This document shows, one piece after another, positions 45,372 through 51,180 of a DNA stretch of 51,180 bases. The DNA is taken from NCBI GenBank assembly GCA_964013405.1, contig CAXGWI010000009.1, forward strand, positions 1 to 51,180, given 5' to 3'. Each line of letters begins with the position of its first letter. Position 1 is the first letter of the stretch. The notes beneath the pieces were generated by a model. That model did not search any database. It was not told the DNA's origin and saw only the letters and a list, made by a program, of their open reading frames with translations. Source of the stretch: an uncultured Myxococcales bacterium. Its GTDB lineage: Bacteria; Myxococcota; UBA4151. Made by a program: the position numbers and the translations under genes.

Positions 45372-46453
45372 TCCTGCTCAGCCTCCTGCTGGCCGCAGGT
45401 GACCCGGCGGACAGTGTGGAACTGGTCCTCAACCAAATGGAAAAACTGCGCGACGACCTCAGCGCAGGACAAGCCCATCAGCGTGATCGAGGCACCCGCG
45501 AGACGCACCTGATCGCTGCCGTGGACGAGGCCCGCCTGGCACTTTACGAGGCCACAAAGGCGCTAGAGCTTGTTCAATCGAGGCTGAAAGAGACCGGTCA
45601 AGCGGTCGAGAAGGAGCAAGAAGCTGAAGAAAAGGCCCGCATTCGGGAACAGGCGGCTTCTGAGAAAGCTCGCCACGCACTCGGTTTTCTGGTGCGTGGC
45701 CGGCGGGGGTTCCGTGAGCGCCCCCTGCTGCGAGCCATGGATCGGCGGCGGGTCAACCTGACCCTCGAGCACCTGAAAGCGGCCGAAAAAGAACGACGCC
45801 AACTCAGCCAGGTCCGCGCCCGGCTCGCCAGCTCTCTTGCCCGACAAAAACAACAACAGCAGCGCCTCCAGAAACTGGGTGAAAACCGGAAACATTTGGC
45901 CCGGGCCGCGACCAGTGCCTTGGCAAGGGCCCGTCAGGACGAGGCTCGAGCCGCCGCCCATTCGAGGGCCCTTGAGGCCAATCGCCTCGCCCTTGCTGCT
46001 TGGCTCGAACAACTTGCGCCCGTCCTCAAGGCACCCTTGCGAAGCGGCCGGCCTCAAAAGGGAAAGATGCTGGTGCCCGTGGCCGGATGGTTGCGCCACG
46101 GCTATGGTCTTCAGGAGGGTGATCAAGGCTTGAGTCGATGGCGAAACCGGGGGGTGGACATCAAGAGTCCGGAAGGCGCACCCGCTGCCGCAGCCTCCCC
46201 AGGGATGGTCGCTTTCGTCGGCCGGTCTCCAGGTCTAGGGCTCGTGGTTGTCCTCGATCATGGCGCTGGCTGGCGTACCGTTTACGGTGGTTTAGGCGAA
46301 GCCACCGTCAAAACTGGCGACGTCCTTAAAATGGGCGCCCCCCTGGGCCGAGTCGGCGCCAGCGGTCACCTGCACTTCGAGCTGCGCTTGGAAGCCAAAA
46401 GCGTCAATCCAGAGGCTTGGTTTCGCGAACCGATTCCAAGGGCACCCCAATGA
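45368..46453 (+). CDS. envC: Murein hydrolase activator EnvC-like (coiled coil plus M23/LytM)
   Basis: Long coiled coil; M23 NRGVD...LDHGAGWRTVYGGL...HLHFE with the first Zn-ligand His lost; follows ftsEX. Confidence 0.82.
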   Translation: MILLSLLLAAGDPADSVELVLNQMEKLRDDLSAGQAHQRDRGTRETHLIAAVDEARLALYEATKALELVQSRLKETGQAVEKEQEAEEKARIREQAASEKARHALGFLVRGRRGFRERPLLRAMDRRRVNLTLEHLKAAEKERRQLSQVRARLASSLARQKQQQQRLQKLGENRKHLARAATSALARARQDEARAAAHSRALEANRLALAAWLEQLAPVLKAPLRSGRPQKGKMLVPVAGWLRHGYGLQEGDQGLSRWRNRGVDIKSPEGAPAAAASPGMVAFVGRSPGLGLVVVLDHGAGWRTVYGGLGEATVKTGDVLKMGAPLGRVGASGHLHFELRLEAKSVNPEAWFREPIPRAPQ

Positions 46454-47277
46454 GTCGGCTCGCGCTCTGGGCTGTGCTCGCTTCGCTACCGGCAAGTGAC
46501 TCCGCAGAGCCCGCTTATCGGGCCATCGGTGACGTGGCCACGGTGATGGGTACCATTCTGCGGGAGCACGTCGATGGGGCGGACCCCAATGACCTGGCCC
46601 GCGCCGCAATCGACGGCATGCTCGCTCAACTCGATCCGTGGAGCCGCCGGGTACGAGTCGAAGAGGTCGTCGCTGCCGACGATGCGACGACGCCGGCTTG
46701 GTCCTGCCACAGCGACAAAGGCATCTTGCATTTAAGGATCCAGCGATTCGCTGCTGAGAACCCGAGAAGCTGGTTCGAAAATTGTCCCCAGTTGCAAGAT
46801 GGACTGCCTCTCCTCCTCGACCTGCGCGGTAACAGGGGCGGCTACCTCGAAGGCGCCTTGAGCCTGTCGGATCGGCTTATCAAAGGCGGGGTGCTCCTTA
46901 CCGAACGCCATCGTCGGGATGAAAAGCAAACGCACCGAGCCCGTGACATTGGCTTTCCACCGGCCGCCACCGCCATTCTCGTCGATCAAGCGACGGCGAG
47001 TGCGGCGGAATTACTTGCGGGCATCCTGCGGGATCGAGCGGCGGCCGTTTTGTGGGGTGAAAAGACCCAGGGTAAAGGCTCCATTCAACATCCGCTCCGC
47101 CTCGCGAGCGGCGACGTGGTTTTGATCACGACCGGGCGTTTTCAACTGCCGAGTGGCGAGTTGCTCGATGGGGTTGGACTGGAGCCGGCCAGCAAGGCTC
47201 CCGCAAATCCGGCCGCTGAACTCTGCCGCCTCGCCCAACGAGAATGGGCGCAAAATCGCTGCACTGCGCCACAGTAA
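46450..47277 (+). CDS. S41 family C-terminal processing peptidase lacking the PDZ domain
   Basis: AIDGMLAQLDPWS, LLDLRGNRGG, TASAAE (Ser), TQGKGSIQ (Lys) and GVGLEP; ATGA overlap with envC. Confidence 0.88.
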   Translation: MSRLALWAVLASLPASDSAEPAYRAIGDVATVMGTILREHVDGADPNDLARAAIDGMLAQLDPWSRRVRVEEVVAADDATTPAWSCHSDKGILHLRIQRFAAENPRSWFENCPQLQDGLPLLLDLRGNRGGYLEGALSLSDRLIKGGVLLTERHRRDEKQTHRARDIGFPPAATAILVDQATASAAELLAGILRDRAAAVLWGEKTQGKGSIQHPLRLASGDVVLITTGRFQLPSGELLDGVGLEPASKAPANPAAELCRLAQREWAQNRCTAPQ

Positions 47278-47400
47278 GCGCTGGTCAAACCCCTTCTTTC
47301 GTCATCCGCCTACCTACGGAGGGTCTCGTATTTTTATGTTGGCCCGGTTGATAGTATGCTCTTTGCGACGGCCTTACATGGCTTAAGGAACGCTCGGCTG

Positions 47401-49176
47401 GTGTATCGGGTAGAAATACAGGACGACGAGGGGAACCGCTCCCTCATCCCCGTCACGCGACCAGAGATCTCTATCGGTCGTAAGGACGGGAATGTCATTC
47501 GTCTCACCGATCGCAATGTCTCGCGATCCCATGCCATCCTCATTACGGGCCCGGAGGGTCTCGCCATCGAGGACCTCCACTCTTATACGGGCACGCACCT
47601 CAACGGACGTAAGGTCGCCGGCCGACATCGCCTGACCCATGGCGATGTCATCACGATCGGTGATTACCAACTGCGGATTCTTGGTGAAGGCAAAGCCGCC
47701 GTTCTCTCGACAGAGGACTCCCAGGTGACGCAGATCGATGTGGGTGTGCCCAAGGCCCTTGAGCCCGCTGCGAACGCACCGCTCATGGACGATGACGACG
47801 ATGCGGACCCAACGGCTGTGATCACCCTGCGGAGCGGTCTGGGCACCTCCCCTCGAGAGAGCAGTCACGCCGGCCTTATCGATGGCCCCCCTGCCCGGCT
47901 GGTGGTGGTTTCGACAAACCTCGCCGGAACCGAGATCATCATCGACCGGTCCCCCATGCGAATTGGGCGCGGCAGTGAATGCGAAGCTCGGATCAACCAC
48001 CGCAGTGTCAGTCGTCACCACGCGTCCATCGAGTATCGTGGGGATGCCTTCTACGTGGTGGATGCAGGCAGCGCGAATGGCATTACAGTCAACGGTGAGC
48101 GCTACGCTGAAACACCGCTACGCAGCGGTGACCGGATCGACCTGGGCCATGTGCTCGTTCGCTTCTTCCCGCCGGGCCAGATTCCAGAGTTTGCCGACAT
48201 GCTTACGGCCCCGCCGTCCCGCAAGGGCAGCCCGGCGCTGACCTTGTCGCTGCTCGCCCTGATCGTTCTGGTTGCCGGTGGCATCATCGCTAGCCGGTGG
48301 ATGGACTCGACAAAAACCGACGGAGTCAGCAGCCCACAAACCGATGTCGCTAGCCTTGAACGTGCGCTGCAGGAAGCCATCGACAATCGCAGTTGGTCGG
48401 AAGCACAGAAACGACTTTCCGAACTGAAAAAGGCCGGTCTTCCCCTCGAAGCCCAAGAGGCCCACCGCAAGCGAATCACGAGAGAAAGCGATGCAGAAAA
48501 GGCCATCAAGGCAGCAAACGCCGCCGAGGCTTTGAAGCAATGGGATTCAGCCCTTCAAGAGCTCGAGAAGGTGCCCGCTGACTCGGTCTATCGTGACGAG
48601 GTGACCCAACGGATGCCGGAACTCGAAAAGAAGTTCGTGGTGCAATTGCTTGAGCAGGCCCGGGGCGCGCGAGACGTGGGCAAACTCGATCACGCCGTGC
48701 GCCTCCTGGATGTTGCAGCAAGTCAGGACCCAAAGAACCTTGAGGTCCGACGCCTGCGGGGCCAGATCGACGCCGAGTTAGCGAGCCGTGCAGCAGCAAG
48801 CTCGAAGAACACGGGTGCGTCTCCAGCCCCCACCCAGACCGCCTCATCGAAGATCAAGCGCCAACGGTCCACCACGAAGGCCAGCCCAAAAGGGCGCAGT
48901 CGTACCAGCAAGAAAGCGGGCTTTGACGACCTCTTTCGCCAGGCTAACGGCCTGCTCAGGCAACAGAGCCCTGCAGCAGCCAAACGAGCGCTTGTTCTCC
49001 TTAAGAAGGCCCAGCGCCTTAAGCCCAACGCCCCGAATCTTCACCGTAGTTTGGGGATCTCTTATGCCCTGCTCAAGGACTATACCCTGGCCAAGAAGCA
49101 TTACCGGCGGTATCTGGACCTCGCGCCGAACTCGCCGGACGCACCGGCGATTCGAAGGATGCTCAAGGGGCAATAA
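47401..49176 (+). CDS. Protein with two FHA domains, one TM segment and periplasmic TPRs
   Basis: ISIGRKDGN..VSRSH..SYTGT and IGRGSEC..VSRHH..SANG FHA motifs; TM LSLLALIVLVAGGII; C-terminal TPR HYRRYLDLAPNSPDA. Start GTG 47401 (ORF open from 47356). Confidence 0.88.
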   Translation: MYRVEIQDDEGNRSLIPVTRPEISIGRKDGNVIRLTDRNVSRSHAILITGPEGLAIEDLHSYTGTHLNGRKVAGRHRLTHGDVITIGDYQLRILGEGKAAVLSTEDSQVTQIDVGVPKALEPAANAPLMDDDDDADPTAVITLRSGLGTSPRESSHAGLIDGPPARLVVVSTNLAGTEIIIDRSPMRIGRGSECEARINHRSVSRHHASIEYRGDAFYVVDAGSANGITVNGERYAETPLRSGDRIDLGHVLVRFFPPGQIPEFADMLTAPPSRKGSPALTLSLLALIVLVAGGIIASRWMDSTKTDGVSSPQTDVASLERALQEAIDNRSWSEAQKRLSELKKAGLPLEAQEAHRKRITRESDAEKAIKAANAAEALKQWDSALQELEKVPADSVYRDEVTQRMPELEKKFVVQLLEQARGARDVGKLDHAVRLLDVAASQDPKNLEVRRLRGQIDAELASRAAASSKNTGASPAPTQTASSKIKRQRSTTKASPKGRSRTSKKAGFDDLFRQANGLLRQQSPAAAKRALVLLKKAQRLKPNAPNLHRSLGISYALLKDYTLAKKHYRRYLDLAPNSPDAPAIRRMLKGQ

Positions 49177-50142
49177 ATGATGGATAAAAGCATGCGAGGG
49201 CGTCGAATCGGGGTCCTTGCGGGCGGTCTCTCCGAGGAGGCTGGCGTCAGCCGTGTCAGTGGCCAAGGCGTCGTGGAAGCGCTCACCGCCGTAGGTTGTG
49301 ACGTTCAACTGGTCCTGCTTAACGACCAGGACCCCGCAAAGATCATTAAGGACAGCGGTATTGAGGTGGCCTTTCCTGTCACCCATGGCATCTATGGTGA
49401 AGATGGCTGTCTTCAGGGTCTCTTGGAGTGGATGGGGATCCCCTATGTGGGCTCTGGGGTCCTTGCGAGTGCCCTGGCAATGAACAAGACCGTCGCCAAC
49501 GCGATCCTAAAAACTCGCGGCTTACCCGTGCCAGACGGCGTCACAATAGACACGGAAGATCCCGGTGCTTTAAAGAAGATCGACGCAACACTTGCTGCTC
49601 GCCCCGTTTGTATCAAGCCCAATGCCGGTGGCTCCAGTGTCGGCATCGAATTAGTGGATGATCCGGCCGACCGAGCCGCAGCCCTCGCCCGCATCGCCAA
49701 GGTGGCGAAGCGCGTGCTCGTGGAGGAGAAGATCGAAGGCGTTGAGGTCACAGTGGGTACGCTGGATGACCGCCCACTGGGCAGCACGGAAATTGAGCCG
49801 CTGACCAGTTTCTATGACTTCCATCATAAGTACACCAAGGGGGCCAGCCGGTATCATAGCCCCGCCCGCATCCCGGCCGAACAAGAGCGCCTGCTCATGG
49901 ATTGGTCCCGAGAAGCCATCCGGGCCCTTGGCTGCTCTGGCGGCTGTCGGGTCGACTTTATCGTGGGGCAAGGTCGAGTGGCGCTCTTGGAAGTCAACAC
50001 CCTCCCGGGCATGACGGCCGTGAGCCTCTTGCCCATGTGCGCTGGACTCGCCGGCATCTCCTACGAGGAACTCTGCTTACAGATGCTCGACCGGGCCCGG
50101 CTCGAAAGGCAGCCTAGAGAGGCTCCAACACCAGGCGCCTAA
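49177..50142 (+). CDS. ddl: D-alanine--D-alanine ligase
   Basis: GGLSEE..VS, HGIYGEDG, GSGVLASALAMNK, KP..GGSSVG, FYDFHHKY and LEVNTLPGMT..SLLP. Confidence 0.96.
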   Translation: MMDKSMRGRRIGVLAGGLSEEAGVSRVSGQGVVEALTAVGCDVQLVLLNDQDPAKIIKDSGIEVAFPVTHGIYGEDGCLQGLLEWMGIPYVGSGVLASALAMNKTVANAILKTRGLPVPDGVTIDTEDPGALKKIDATLAARPVCIKPNAGGSSVGIELVDDPADRAAALARIAKVAKRVLVEEKIEGVEVTVGTLDDRPLGSTEIEPLTSFYDFHHKYTKGASRYHSPARIPAEQERLLMDWSREAIRALGCSGGCRVDFIVGQGRVALLEVNTLPGMTAVSLLPMCAGLAGISYEELCLQMLDRARLERQPREAPTPGA

Positions 50143-51180
50143 CGCACAAGCAGATAGACCCAACGGGGATGCCCCCAGTTTGAGGTGTTTCTATTTCCAG
50201 CGGCATTGATGGTATTCGGGTGGTCGGCCCGTGAGCCGTTTCCATGATAGCGGTCATAGTCCCAGGCATCGACGTGATTCCCACCAAGCCCCAGCCAGGT
50301 ATCTGGGCTGTTACAATCATTCTCGTTGTTGGCGATGATCCCCAGGCGTAGGCGGTGAGGGCCCAATTCAAGATTAAAGCCCATGGTGTTGCAGTGTTCT
50401 TGCAAGCGAGGGTAGTCCATGAAGCCAAGCCAGCCCTCACGGGTCATGGTGTGCCCCCGGGGCTCCTGTTCCGTAAAGAGGCGCTGAAGGGTGAGTGGCT
50501 CGCGGGCTAAAGGCTCGCCATCCACAACGATGTCTGGGTCCCCCTCGACTTGGAAGGTCATCCATTTCCTCTGACGTCCCAGGTGGGGCCAAGGTGCGTA
50601 GGGGTTGTTGCCGCCGGAAGCCCGCCGGGTCAGATAATTTTCTCGGTGCAGGGCTGTGCCTACGAGTAACTCGCTGACCTCGAGTCGACCGAAGCCCTGC
50701 TCTTTGAACTCGATGAAGCGGTCGATGTGCTCGGCATCGGGCCTTAACGGCTCTGCGTTTGTCCATAACTCGGCATCATAGAGGAAGGTGTCATTACGGC
50801 CATCGATCTTCATCATCAAGGTCCAGGCCGGGCCCTCCCCCTGCCAAAAACAATAGGCTTCAAAGGCATCGGCTGGGTCCTCGCTGGCCGGATTGATCCA
50901 GTAGGATCCGGCCGGCTGAGTGGCGGCTAAGCTGGCGCAACTCTCCATGGCCTCTGCTGCACTGCTGCCCTGGGTCAACTGACAGCGGTGATCGCAACCG
51001 TCATCGGCATCTTGGTCGCCATCGTCGCATTGTTCGCCCGTGGCGAGTTCCCCATCGCCACAACTGTCAACCGCTCCTGCACCGCAGTCCTGAAGACCCA
51101 CAAAAGGCTGCCCCCGATCCATCAATTCGTCGGGCTGCGTGATGCCATCGCCACAATTGGGCCGCCAGGTGCTGGGCTTG
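50139..51180 (-). CDS. Secreted-type protein (N-terminus beyond window) with Myxococcus Cys-rich repeats (DUF4215-like) and a fibrinogen-like C-terminal domain
   Basis: Frame open to the window end (KPSTWRPNCGDGITQPDEL...); CGDGELATGEQCDDGDQDADDGC; SC..GSYWINP..FEAYC....WTLMMK. Confidence 0.82.
   Translation of the reverse strand, partial: KPSTWRPNCGDGITQPDELMDRGQPFVGLQDCGAGAVDSCGDGELATGEQCDDGDQDADDGCDHRCQLTQGSSAAEAMESCASLAATQPAGSYWINPASEDPADAFEAYCFWQGEGPAWTLMMKIDGRNDTFLYDAELWTNAEPLRPDAEHIDRFIEFKEQGFGRLEVSELLVGTALHRENYLTRRASGGNNPYAPWPHLGRQRKWMTFQVEGDPDIVVDGEPLAREPLTLQRLFTEQEPRGHTMTREGWLGFMDYPRLQEHCNTMGFNLELGPHRLRLGIIANNENDCNSPDTWLGLGGNHVDAWDYDRYHGNGSRADHPNTINAAGNRNTSNWGHPRWVYLLVR

Noticed and set aside
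47401..49176. 2xFHA protein as the T3SS inner-ring SctD
   Set aside because: The periplasmic part is helical TPR rather than ring-building motifs, and it is separated from the sct cluster by ftsEX-envC-ctp.
1..51180. tRNA/rRNA genes, IS elements, integrases, prophage, defence systems
   Set aside because: No recognisable motifs; intergenic gaps are short and show no cloverleaf or terminal inverted repeats.

Overview
GC-rich, densely coding bacterial chromosome segment, most likely an uncultured Myxococcota/deltaproteobacterium. This is inferred from the Myxococcus-type CGDG...GEQCDDG cysteine repeat, Cys-rich lipoproteins, FHA proteins, an RpoH-type sigma factor and a myxobacterial-type type III export cluster. 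From left to right: (1) a minus-strand MoxR-DUF58-BatA/B(C)/D/E operon extended by a BamD-like gene and an acidic, repeat-bearing FHA protein; (2) RluA/DAGK/small genes divergent from rpoH; (3) two paralogous Cys-repeat lipoproteins plus a CBM9-like lipoprotein; (4) dNK, nhaA, 5'-nucleotidase, alaS and an orphan minimal flagellin; (5) SDR, PAP2 and class II ribonucleotide reductase nrdJ; (6) a plus-strand run of a catalytically degenerate 5'-nucleotidase/beta-barrel fusion, a ~2130-aa Ig-repeat lipoprotein and a flagellum/injectisome-hybrid export cluster (FliK/SctP-like, SctQ, FliO, SctR, SctS, SctT; no SctU in the window); (7) ftsE-ftsX-envC, a PDZ-less S41 protease, a 2xFHA-TPR protein and ddl; (8) a truncated fibrinogen-like/coral USOMP5-like protein. 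The best candidate for an undescribed system is the 29990-43311 locus (pseudo-nucleotidase barrel, giant adhesin and hybrid T3 export gate), possibly linked to the orphan flagellin. No rRNA, tRNA, CRISPR array or mobile element was seen. All family calls come from motif recognition, not database searches.
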